Assembly: GCA_963790305.1 (NCBI GenBank)
Contig: CAWBOC010000001.1
Span: forward strand, 105,904 to 169,903
Length of the DNA: 64,000 bases
Direction of reading: 5' to 3'
DNA from: an uncultured Gemmatimonadaceae bacterium
GTDB taxonomy: Bacteria; Gemmatimonadota; Gemmatimonadetes; Gemmatimonadales; Gemmatimonadaceae
A program made the translations under genes and the position numbers. The first letter of the stretch is position 1; each line of letters opens with the position of its first letter. Positions 53,558-64,000 of this stretch are shown in pieces. The notes below the pieces were generated by a model, which was given only the letters and a program-made list of their open reading frames with translations, had not been told where the DNA came from and ran no database searches.

Positions 53558-54090
53558 TACTCGAGCAGCCCCGCCGGTGGATCAATCCGCACCACTCGGC
53601 GCTGGCGGTCGACACCGACGATGATGTCTCCGGAGAAGGGGACGAGAACCGTCCCACGCTCGCGCACCACGTCGAGCAGCAGCCCCTGTGGAACCTCGAA
53701 GACGTCGGTGACGGTTCCCACGACCTCGCCTGACGAGAGCTCGACGGTCATCCCCTTGAGCTCGTGCTGGTAGACCTCCCCTTCCCCGAGTGGAGTCAGC
53801 TCCTCCTCGGGCACGAGGAGAAGGCGGCCGTTCCACAGCTCGGCCGCCGTTCGATCGCCGATCTCCTCAAAGCGGATCAGGAGCCCGTCCTTGAAGGGGC
53901 GTGTCTCGATGACGGTGAGCGTCGGCGCCTCGTCGTCCGTGGGTCCGTCGACCGTACCCCCGAAAACGCGACGGCCGGATGCGTAGACCGCATCCGGCTC
54001 GTCCGTCAACGGCTCGATCAGCACCTCACCGCGCACACCGTGCGGCCGACGAATACGGCCGACGATGACCAGATCTTCGCGCGTGGCCAC
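53557..54090 (-). CDS. rimM: Ribosome maturation factor RimM
   Basis: VGRI.RPHGVRGE, PRC barrel, C-terminal PPAGLL; between rpsP and trmD. Confidence 0.93.
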   Translation of the reverse strand: MATREDLVIVGRIRRPHGVRGEVLIEPLTDEPDAVYASGRRVFGGTVDGPTDDEAPTLTVIETRPFKDGLLIRFEEIGDRTAAELWNGRLLLVPEEELTPLGEGEVYQHELKGMTVELSSGEVVGTVTDVFEVPQGLLLDVVRERGTVLVPFSGDIIVGVDRQRRVVRIDPPAGLLE

Positions 54091-54115
54091 GCCGCGGTGA
54101 AGCGCGCGGGTCGCG

Positions 54116-54421
54116 CTACTCGGCGACCGGAACTGCCTTCGACTGCAGCTTGCGCGCGAGGCGAGCCTCGTGGCGCTGCTTGAGGATTCCGGCCCGCCGA
54201 AGGAGCGAACGCACGGTATCCGACGGCTGCGCACCGTGCTCGAGCCAATGGTTGGCGCGGGCGCTGTCGATCTTCAGCGCATCGGCTGACAAACGAGGCG
54301 CATACTGTCCAATGATCTCGATGAACTTGCCATCGCGCGGGCTGGTGCTTTCGGCGACGACGATGCGGTACAACGGGGTCTTTTTCCGGCCGACGCGCCG
54401 GAGACGGATTTTCACTGCCAT
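54116..54421 (-). CDS. rpsP: 30S ribosomal protein S16
   Basis: MAVKIRLRRVGRKK.P.YRIVV...PRDGKFIE, GAQPSDTV. Confidence 0.97.
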   Translation of the reverse strand: MAVKIRLRRVGRKKTPLYRIVVAESTSPRDGKFIEIIGQYAPRLSADALKIDSARANHWLEHGAQPSDTVRSLLRRAGILKQRHEARLARKLQSKAVPVAE

Positions 54422-54534
54422 GGAACCGTGCTCCTCGTTAGGAAGATCGTTCTGCGCTGCGCCAGGCTCCTCGCGACGCCCGGACGGTCCGGGGCGCACC
54501 TGGGATCGCTCAATCTAGCTGGGCGAGCGCTAGC

Positions 54535-54646
54535 GGCCAACTGCATCACCACAGAGGCACAGAGGACACGAGAACGGCGACTGCAAAGGCTGTTGCAGTC
54601 GCCGTTCTCCGTGTCCTCTGTGCCTCTGTGGTGATGCAGTTTGGCC
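54535..54646. repeat. REP-like long hairpin (CACCACAGAGGCACAGAG type)
   Basis: AACTGCATCACCACAGAGGCACAGAGG...CCTCTGTGCCTCTGTGGTGATGCAGTT near-perfect inverted repeat. Confidence 0.8.
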
Positions 54647-54658
54647 CTTGCGGTACCT

Positions 54659-55987
54659 CTACCTCATCCCGAACATGGACGGGGGCGTCCTCATTCCCCC
54701 CTTCGCCATTTTCTTCATCATCTTCTGCATGTCGCGGAACTGGTCGAGCAGCTTGTTCACTTCGCTGATCGGCCGGCCGGCGCCCTTGGCGATGCGCGCC
54801 CGCCGGGAGCCGTTGATGATGCTCGGCTGCTGGCGCTCCTCGGGCGTCATCGAGAGCACGATCGCCTCGAGGTGGCGCATGCGCTTCGGGTCCACCTTGG
54901 CCTGCTTCAGCGCCTTCATGTTGACGCCCGGCAACAGACCGAGAAGGCCCTCGAGCGGGCCCATCTTCTGGATCTGCTTCATCGCCGTCAGGAAGTCCTG
55001 GAGGTCCATCCCCTCCTTGCGGACCTTCTTCTCCAGGCGCTTCGCCTCGTCGGCATCGAACGCGCCCTGCGCCTTCTCCACCAGCGAGACGATGTCGCCC
55101 ATCTGGAGAATGCGCCCGGCCATGCGCTCGGGGTGAAACTCGTCGAGCGCGTCGAGCTTCTCACCGACACCAACGTACTTGATCGGCTTCTTCGTCACGC
55201 CGTAGATCGAAAGCGCAGCGCCGCCACGCGCGTCGCCGTCCATCTTGGTCAGGATGACACCGGTCACGCCAAGGCGGTCGTCGAAGCCCTTGGCGATTTT
55301 CACCGCATCCTGACCGGTCATGCCGTCGGCGACCAGCAGGATCTCGTCGGGATGGACGGTTTCCTTCAGCCGCTCGAGCTCGGCCATCATCTCCTCATCG
55401 ATCTGGAGACGGCCGGCGGTATCCACGATCACGACGCGGTCGCGAGCGCGGCGGGCCTCGTCGATTCCGTGGCGGGCAATCCGCACGACGTCCTGCGTGT
55501 CGCGCTCGGCGTACACCGGAATCTCGAGCTGTTTGCCTAGTGTTTCGAGCTGGTCGATGGCGGCGGGACGGTAGACGTCGGCGGCGATCAGGCGTACGGT
55601 GCGCCCTTCATTCTTCAGGCGACGCGCAAGCTTCGCCGCCGTCGTCGTCTTGCCGGATCCCTGCAGGCCGACCATGAGGACGATCGTGGGGGGAACCGTG
55701 CTGAGACGCAGCCCCTCGCGCCGCTCGCCGAGCATCGCCGCGAGCTCGTCGTGCACGATCTTGACGAGCTGTTGGCCTGGCGAGACCGTCTTGAGCGCGG
55801 CGACGCCGACGGCCTTCTTCTCCACGCGCTCGAGGAACTCGCGCGTGAGCTGGAAGTTGACGTCGGCTTCGAGGAGGACGCGACGGACCTCGCGCAGCCC
55901 TTCCTTGATGTCGCTTTCGGTGAGAACCCCGCGGCCGCGCAGCCGCGCGAAGACCGCGTCGAGTTTTTCGGAGAGTTCGTCAAACAT
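54659..55987 (-). CDS. ffh: Signal recognition particle protein
   Basis: LLEADV, GLQGSGKTT, DTAGR, TKMDGDARGG, Met-rich M domain. Confidence 0.97.
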   Translation of the reverse strand: MFDELSEKLDAVFARLRGRGVLTESDIKEGLREVRRVLLEADVNFQLTREFLERVEKKAVGVAALKTVSPGQQLVKIVHDELAAMLGERREGLRLSTVPPTIVLMVGLQGSGKTTTAAKLARRLKNEGRTVRLIAADVYRPAAIDQLETLGKQLEIPVYAERDTQDVVRIARHGIDEARRARDRVVIVDTAGRLQIDEEMMAELERLKETVHPDEILLVADGMTGQDAVKIAKGFDDRLGVTGVILTKMDGDARGGAALSIYGVTKKPIKYVGVGEKLDALDEFHPERMAGRILQMGDIVSLVEKAQGAFDADEAKRLEKKVRKEGMDLQDFLTAMKQIQKMGPLEGLLGLLPGVNMKALKQAKVDPKRMRHLEAIVLSMTPEERQQPSIINGSRRARIAKGAGRPISEVNKLLDQFRDMQKMMKKMAKGGMRTPPSMFGMR

Positions 55988-56140
55988 CGAGGGAAAGCTA
56001 TTGACGGCACAGGCCAGGGGCCAAGGGGAGGCACGGGAGATCTACGGTGACCCTTCGCCCTCCCTGACCGTCGGCCTTGGGCCCCGCCCGCCATCCAGGC
56101 GGATGACGCGTTACTTTTGTAGACCCTTCTCCTGGCTCCG

Positions 56141-58628
<2,488 letters not shown>

Positions 58629-58650
58629 CGGCTCATAGGGCGGCGCGCGC

Positions 58651-59955
58651 ATGACGCTGGCGCCCGTTTCGGGATTCTCGCTCCGCGAGCCGCCGCCGAT
58701 GCGCCCGGAAGACGAGGCGCTGAAGCAGGCACAGCTGCGGCACATGAAACGGCTCGCGACGGGCATGCTGCTCCTCGCGACCGCCATCTTCATCATAGCG
58801 CGCCTTTTCGAGCCGCAGTTCCCCTGGCTGGGCTTCGTGCGCGCGACCGCCGAAGCGGCAATGATCGGTGGTCTCGCAGACTGGTTCGCCGTCACGGCGC
58901 TCTTCCGTCATCCCCTCGGCATCCCGATCCCGCATACCGCCATCGTTGCGGCGCGCAAGGATCAGGTCGGTCGCAGCCTCGGCAACTTCGTGCAGCGAAA
59001 CTTCGTTTCGCGCGAAGTCATTGCCTTTCGCCTCAGTGAGTGGCGCGTCGGGGAGCATCTGGCCCAGTGGCTGGCCGAAGCGGACAACAGTCGCCGCATC
59101 GCGCGGGCGGCGGCGCGCGGGCTGGCCACGGGCTCGCGGATGCTGCGCGATGAAGACGTGCAGCACCTCATCGGGACCGCGATCGACCGAAAGGTTCGCG
59201 ATACGCGAGTGGCTCCCATCATCGGAAAGGGGCTTTCGCTCCTCACGATCTCGAACCGCCACCAGGAAATCTTCGATGAGCTGATCTCGTTGCTCTCGCG
59301 CGCAGTCGAGCGCAACGAGGAGATCATCCGGCAGCGCATCGCGCGCGAGAGTCCGTGGTGGATCCCGGAAGCGGTCGACGACAAGATCCATGCGCGCATC
59401 GTCGCCGCCATCGAGCATACGCTTGCCGAGGTGCGCGACAACCCCGAGCATCGAATGCGGGCGCGTTTCGACGCCGGGCTGCGCGAGTTCATCGACAAGC
59501 TGCAGCACGATCCGGAGGTCATCGAGCGCGCCGAGGCGCTCAAGCTGGAGCTGCTGAACGCCGAGGTCGTTCGGCGGTTCTCGTCATCGCTCTGGAGCGA
59601 CATGCAGGAGTCGCTCGAGCGATACGCCACGGAGCGCGCCGACCCCGAGGTGGGCGACGAGGCCGGCCCCGTCGAGCGAGGCCTAACGGCGTTCGGTCAG
59701 GCGCTGCTGGCCGATCCTGCTCTCCTGGACAAGGTCGATCGGTGGATCGCCGACGTCGCGCTTCACGTGGTGGAGCGGTACCAGTCGGAGGTCTCGAACC
59801 TCATCTCGCAGACGGTGAGCAACTGGGACCCGAACGCGACGTCGCGGCGGATCGAGCTCGCGATTGGCCGAGACCTCCAGTACATCCGAATCAATGGAAC
59901 GCTGGTCGGCGGGTTGGCGGGGCTGCTGATCTACATCGTGACTCGGTTCTTCTGA
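58651..59955 (+). CDS. DUF445 membrane protein
   Basis: [45 protein letters not shown]. Confidence 0.9.
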   Translation: MTLAPVSGFSLREPPPMRPEDEALKQAQLRHMKRLATGMLLLATAIFIIARLFEPQFPWLGFVRATAEAAMIGGLADWFAVTALFRHPLGIPIPHTAIVAARKDQVGRSLGNFVQRNFVSREVIAFRLSEWRVGEHLAQWLAEADNSRRIARAAARGLATGSRMLRDEDVQHLIGTAIDRKVRDTRVAPIIGKGLSLLTISNRHQEIFDELISLLSRAVERNEEIIRQRIARESPWWIPEAVDDKIHARIVAAIEHTLAEVRDNPEHRMRARFDAGLREFIDKLQHDPEVIERAEALKLELLNAEVVRRFSSSLWSDMQESLERYATERADPEVGDEAGPVERGLTAFGQALLADPALLDKVDRWIADVALHVVERYQSEVSNLISQTVSNWDPNATSRRIELAIGRDLQYIRINGTLVGGLAGLLIYIVTRFF

Positions 59956-59958
59956 ACT

Positions 59959-60087
59959 TAGGGGTCAGGAGTCAGGGATCAGGGATCAGGGGGTGTCAGG
60001 GATGAGGTTTCAGGAGACGCGCGAAGCCTTCTTCTCACACCTTTGCCCGACACCCCCTGATCCCTGACTCCTGACTCCTGACCCCTC
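59959..60087. repeat. Hairpin element with GGGGTCA/GGAGTCA/GGGATCA heptamer arms
   Basis: Shares TAGGGGTCAGGAGTCAGGG with the 48464 element; lies between convergent genes. Confidence 0.8.
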
Positions 60088-60088
60088 G

Positions 60089-61339
60089 TTATTGCAGCTG
60101 CACCTTGCCGGGAGCGATGAGCTCTCCCGTGCCCGACGGCGCGTCGGTGTAAATGACCGTAGCTCGTCCGCCCACGTCCCCGCCCCACCACGAGACCTCG
60201 CGGTCATTGACCTCGTAGCGCTTGCCGCCACCGACCTCGCGCATCATTTCGCCGTCGAAGCGACGACCAATCGCGCGGTCGAGCACCTCGGTGAACTCGG
60301 CAGCGTCGACCGGGGTGTCCCACACCGTGACCCACACCAGCGCTTCGCCACGAGGCGTCTCGACGACCATGTAGCGGTCGCCGTCCCATCCCGACGCGCC
60401 GCGAACGGCGGACGACTGCTCGCGCACGTGCTCGTAGAGGAAGATGCGCGTCTCGAACTCGCCGAGGTTGTTCTGATACCGGTCGCGGCCAATGCGCGGA
60501 GCGGGAAGCGTCACGCGCGTCGCCGCATCTCGCTCGTTGAAGTACGCGCGCGCATGAATGATCTGCTCCGTCGAGCGCGGCAGGTCGCCATACGGCGCCT
60601 CGCCCGGCCGGAGCTGCTGGAAGGTTCGCATGAACTCCGCGCCACTGAGGTACGGAAAGATCAGCGTTTCCTGAATGATGCGCGGCGCCGTCGCAAACAC
60701 CGGCATCTGGCTCGAGGATTCGCGGATCATGTCGCGCACGCGGTCCCATCCGCCCGGAAGCGCCGTCGCGATGTCCGCGCCGCCGAGCATCGACTGGATC
60801 TGGACGATCGTCGCCTGCCCTTCAATGACAGCGTGCGCCGCGATCTGTCGGTCGTTGTCGCCGCGAAGGAGTTGGAGCGAGTCGAGGCTCATGTACTGAT
60901 CCTGCAGCGCGTGCACGAGCTCATGCGCGATGATGATGCCCGCCTGCTCCGGTGGCGCCTCCTCGACCACGTAGAGGACTTTCGTCTCCGGATCGTAGTA
61001 GCCGACCACCTGCTCGGTCAGCAGATCGAGCATGAACGCCCGGAGATCGAGGGTGTCGGGGATGAGCCCTAGCCGGCGGTAGGCGGCGCGCGTGCCGGCG
61101 ATCTCCTCGTCAGGCAGATCTTCCCGGAAGCGCTTCTCGAGAAAGGCCCGCACATCGTCGCGTGAGCGGGCCTCGATCTTCGGATCGGTCTTGAACTTGA
61201 GACCGGAGACCTCCTCGATGCGCGGGATCGCCTCTCCCGCCACCTTCGCGTACGGGCCGTCCAGGCGTCGCTCTTGGCCGCCGCAGGCCGCGACGAGAAG
61301 GGCCGTGCTCGCTGCCACGGTTGCTGCCGTCCGCCTCAC
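60089..61339 (-). CDS. Lipoprotein with zincin-like HExxH metallopeptidase motif
   Basis: Lipobox VAAC; VVGYYDP, AHELVHALQDQ, EGQAT, FPYL.G, P.STEQ. Confidence 0.75.
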   Translation of the reverse strand: MRRTAATVAASTALLVAACGGQERRLDGPYAKVAGEAIPRIEEVSGLKFKTDPKIEARSRDDVRAFLEKRFREDLPDEEIAGTRAAYRRLGLIPDTLDLRAFMLDLLTEQVVGYYDPETKVLYVVEEAPPEQAGIIIAHELVHALQDQYMSLDSLQLLRGDNDRQIAAHAVIEGQATIVQIQSMLGGADIATALPGGWDRVRDMIRESSSQMPVFATAPRIIQETLIFPYLSGAEFMRTFQQLRPGEAPYGDLPRSTEQIIHARAYFNERDAATRVTLPAPRIGRDRYQNNLGEFETRIFLYEHVREQSSAVRGASGWDGDRYMVVETPRGEALVWVTVWDTPVDAAEFTEVLDRAIGRRFDGEMMREVGGGKRYEVNDREVSWWGGDVGGRATVIYTDAPSGTGELIAPGKVQLQ

Positions 61340-62583
61340 GACTCCGTCCATTGCACGCTCCGTCCGGTAGCGACCGAGACCACGCGGGCCACATCGTGTC
61401 CGCGCACGACGATGCCTTCTTCCATGAACCGACGCTGCAGCTCCGTTTCCATCTGAGCCAGCCTCGCCGCCACGGGCGCCTCGCGAGCGGCCGGGGCTGG
61501 AGGCGGGCTGGTATCCGTCTGCGCGCTCGTGCGTGTCGCATCGGCCGGCGCAGCCGCAGGAACGCGCCCCCCTGAGAACGCCGCTTCGAGCTCGGCGCCG
61601 AACCGCTCCAGCGCGGCCATCCCATCGCGCGCGAGCTGGTCGAGCGGATCGGCGAGCTCTCCATTCTCACCAACTGCCCCCTCATGTTCGCCAGTCGCGG
61701 CCTCCGCACGGCGCGATTCCGCGCGTGCGTGGCGCGCCGACTTCTCATGCTCCACCTCGCGAACCAGCTTCCGTCGCTCGAGAATGAGTCGCGCGGTCTC
61801 CGGCGAATACGTCGCGGTCGCCTGCGCGTGCGCGCACGCTTCATCGAGCGCGTCGATCGCGCGATCGGGACGCGCCCGGTCTGTGACGAAGAGATCGGTG
61901 AGCCGCACCGACGCGAGCAGTGCATCTTCGGCAATGGCGGCGTTGTGGTGCCGCTCGAGGCGCTCGAGGCGCGCGCGGAGGATTTCGAGGGTCTGCTCGG
62001 CACTGAGCTCGCGAACGGCGACCTTCTGAAAGCGGCGCTCGAGCGCCGGATCGCCACGCACCCACCGCTCGTATTCGTCATCCGTCGTCGCGCCGATGAC
62101 CCGAAACTCCCCACGCACCAGCGCGGGCTTCAGCATGTTCGCCGCATCCATCGCCGTGCCGAGCGCAGTACCCTGGCCGATGAGGTTGTGCAGCTCGTCA
62201 ATGAAGAGGATCACGTCTGGATCCGAGCTGGCTTCGGCGATGAGCGCGCGAATGCGCTCCTCGAACTGGCCGCGGTACATCGTCCCAGCCATCATGCCCA
62301 CGTGATCCACGGCGAGCACCCGAGAGCTGCGCAGCACGAGAGGGACCTCGCCCGCCGCGACACGCTGCGCCAGCCCTTCGGCGATCGCGGTCTTGCCGAC
62401 GCCTGCCGGACCCACGAGCGCCGGGTTGTTCTTGCCATGGCGCAGCAGGATGTCGATCACGCGGGCAATCTCATCGTCGCGACACCGCACGGGCTCGAGC
62501 CGCCCGGCGCGCGCGTCGGCGGTGAGATCCCGCGCGAAGCGCTCGAGCGTGGCATCGGACGAACGAAGAATGTCACCCAGCAT
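61336..62583 (-). CDS. Clp/Hsp100-type AAA+ ATPase containing only NBD1
   Basis: KNNPALVGPAGVGKT, YRGQFEER, LFIDELH, GATT..EY, ALERRFQ, PDRAID; ends at the NBD1-NBD2 linker. Confidence 0.85.
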   Translation of the reverse strand: MLGDILRSSDATLERFARDLTADARAGRLEPVRCRDDEIARVIDILLRHGKNNPALVGPAGVGKTAIAEGLAQRVAAGEVPLVLRSSRVLAVDHVGMMAGTMYRGQFEERIRALIAEASSDPDVILFIDELHNLIGQGTALGTAMDAANMLKPALVRGEFRVIGATTDDEYERWVRGDPALERRFQKVAVRELSAEQTLEILRARLERLERHHNAAIAEDALLASVRLTDLFVTDRARPDRAIDALDEACAHAQATATYSPETARLILERRKLVREVEHEKSARHARAESRRAEAATGEHEGAVGENGELADPLDQLARDGMAALERFGAELEAAFSGGRVPAAAPADATRTSAQTDTSPPPAPAAREAPVAARLAQMETELQRRFMEEGIVVRGHDVARVVSVATGRSVQWTES

Positions 62584-62589
62584 GCTGCC

Positions 62590-63416
62590 TCACAGGCCCA
62601 TGATGTCCTGACGATACCAGTCGATCATCGCCTGTCCAAAGAACAGCGCGATCATCGCGGCGGGCGCAAGGAACACGCCGAATGGCACGAGCGGGAGGTC
62701 GACTGCTTCTCCCTTGCGTCGGCTCTGAATCCACGCGATCGGATACACGAGCAGGAGGAAAGATACAGCGCCGAGCGCCGCGCCGAGAAACACGGTGAGG
62801 AGCGACCGTTGAGGGCCGAGCGCGGCACCCACCACCGCCATCAAGGTGACGTCCCCGAACCCCATCGCTTCCTTCTTCAGCGCCACCTCGCCCAGCCACC
62901 CGGCGATCGCGATCGCGCCGGCGCCCACACACGCTCCTATCAGTGAGTCATACAGTCCCGCGAACGGCAGAGTTTCATTCAGCGCCGCGCCAATGAACGC
63001 GGCCGCGATTCCCCAATGAATCCGAACACCGTGAATCCATCGGGAATGACGTAGTGCATCGCGTCGGTGAGCGCGATGCCGAGGAGAACCGTGGCGATGA
63101 TCGCCACGCGCAACGCGGTGAACGTGGCCCCATAGTGCAACACCGCCGCCAGCCAAATGAGCCCTACGACGAGCTCCACCAGCGGATACATGGCCGAGAT
63201 CGGCTGACGACACCCGGCGCATCGCCCGCTGAGCCGGAGCCAGCCCAGGATGGGGACGTTCTCGTGCCATCGGATGGGGCGTGCGCAGCCGGGGCAGCGC
63301 GATGGCGGCGAGATGACGGATTGGTCCTGCGGCCATCGCGACACGCACACGTTCAGGAAGGAGCCGACGACGGCGCCTAACACGAACGCGAAGATCCGGG
63401 CAGTTGTCTCGGTCAC
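62590..63416 (-). CDS. pilD: Type IV prepilin peptidase (indel near 63010)
   Basis: GSFLNV, SRCPGC, ENVPILGW...GRCAGC, YPLVEL, AMGFGD, PFGVFL. Confidence 0.9.
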
Positions 63417-64000
63417 GGGCGGAAATAGTGAAGAAGAATGCCAGCGGCGACGGCGACGTTGAGCGACTCGACCGTCGGCACGGTCGGAATCGAGACCATG
63501 TGCGACGCGCGAGACCGCGCGTCGCCCGTGAGCCCACTCCCTTCGTTGCCGACGGCGATTGCCAACTTCGGAGGTGCGCCACGATCACCGAGCCGCGCGC
63601 CCGCGGCATCGGCCCCCCACAGCACCACGCCGTTCTGCGCCAGAAACTCGTCCAGCTGGGTCCAGCTGGCATGGAGAGCGTGATGATGGAAGAGCGCGCC
63701 CATCGCGCTACGGACGACCTTCGCGTTCCACAGGTCAACTGTGCCCGGCATGGCGACGGTTGCGGCGACGTCGAAGGCCGCCGCGGTGCGCAGCACTGTC
63801 CCCACGTTCCCCGGGTCCTGGATGGCGTCGAGCACGAGCACTCGGGCGCGGTCACGGAGCGCGAGCGAGCCGAGGGACCGGTCAGGAATCTCCGCCACGG
63901 CGAGGATCCCCTGGGGCGCGTCGGTGTCAGATGCGGAGAGGAAGTCGCGCTCGGAGACCTCGACGACCTCGATTCGACGTTCATCGATCGCCCCTCGCAG
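63413..64000 (-). CDS. TrmH/SpoU family RNA methyltransferase (5' end outside window)
   Basis: DAIQDPGNVGTVLRTA, GNEGSG, ESLNVAVA. Confidence 0.9.
   Translation of the reverse strand: MRGAIDERRIEVVEVSERDFLSASDTDAPQGILAVAEIPDRSLGSLALRDRARVLVLDAIQDPGNVGTVLRTAAAFDVAATVAMPGTVDLWNAKVVRSAMGALFHHHALHASWTQLDEFLAQNGVVLWGADAAGARLGDRGAPPKLAIAVGNEGSGLTGDARSRASHMVSIPTVPTVESLNVAVAAGILLHYFRP

Overview
High-GC bacterial genomic window. It is most likely Gemmatimonadota, inferred from the SusC/SusD pair in high-GC DNA, the DUF5916 protein and the general gene repertoire. Many single-base indels break otherwise conserved genes, including holB, lon, pilD and nhaA, which points to long-read assembly error; many CDS calls below are stitched across frames. 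Left end: nhaA, then the 3' half of a tRNA-Asn gene that looks like the attachment scar of an integrated element, then accessory genes. The most notable feature is a tightly coupled 10-gene operon at 8.8-18.9 kb: KSIII-like enzyme, SDR/thioester reductase, carrier protein, SerRS-like amino acid:[carrier protein] ligase, two ferritin-like diiron proteins, DUF3419/BtaA-like SAM transferase, GNAT, radical SAM/SPASM enzyme and MMPL exporter. It looks like an uncharacterised NRPS/PKS-independent aminolipid or small-molecule biosynthetic cluster, followed by a GAF/PAS histidine kinase and an AAA-LuxR regulator. The remainder is mostly core genome: DmpA, SusCD, Kef, patatin, macrodomain, FMO, holB, moaC, two lytic transglycosylases, tRNA-Lys, M20 peptidase, OmpA, rnhB, rplS, trmD, rimM, rpsP, ffh, lon, a single-NBD Clp ATPase, pilD and a TrmH methylase. 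Non-coding signals include a frequently repeated heptamer GTTAGGC/GCCTAAC, several intergenic tandem-repeat hairpins and a consensus CRP-type box upstream of ompA.
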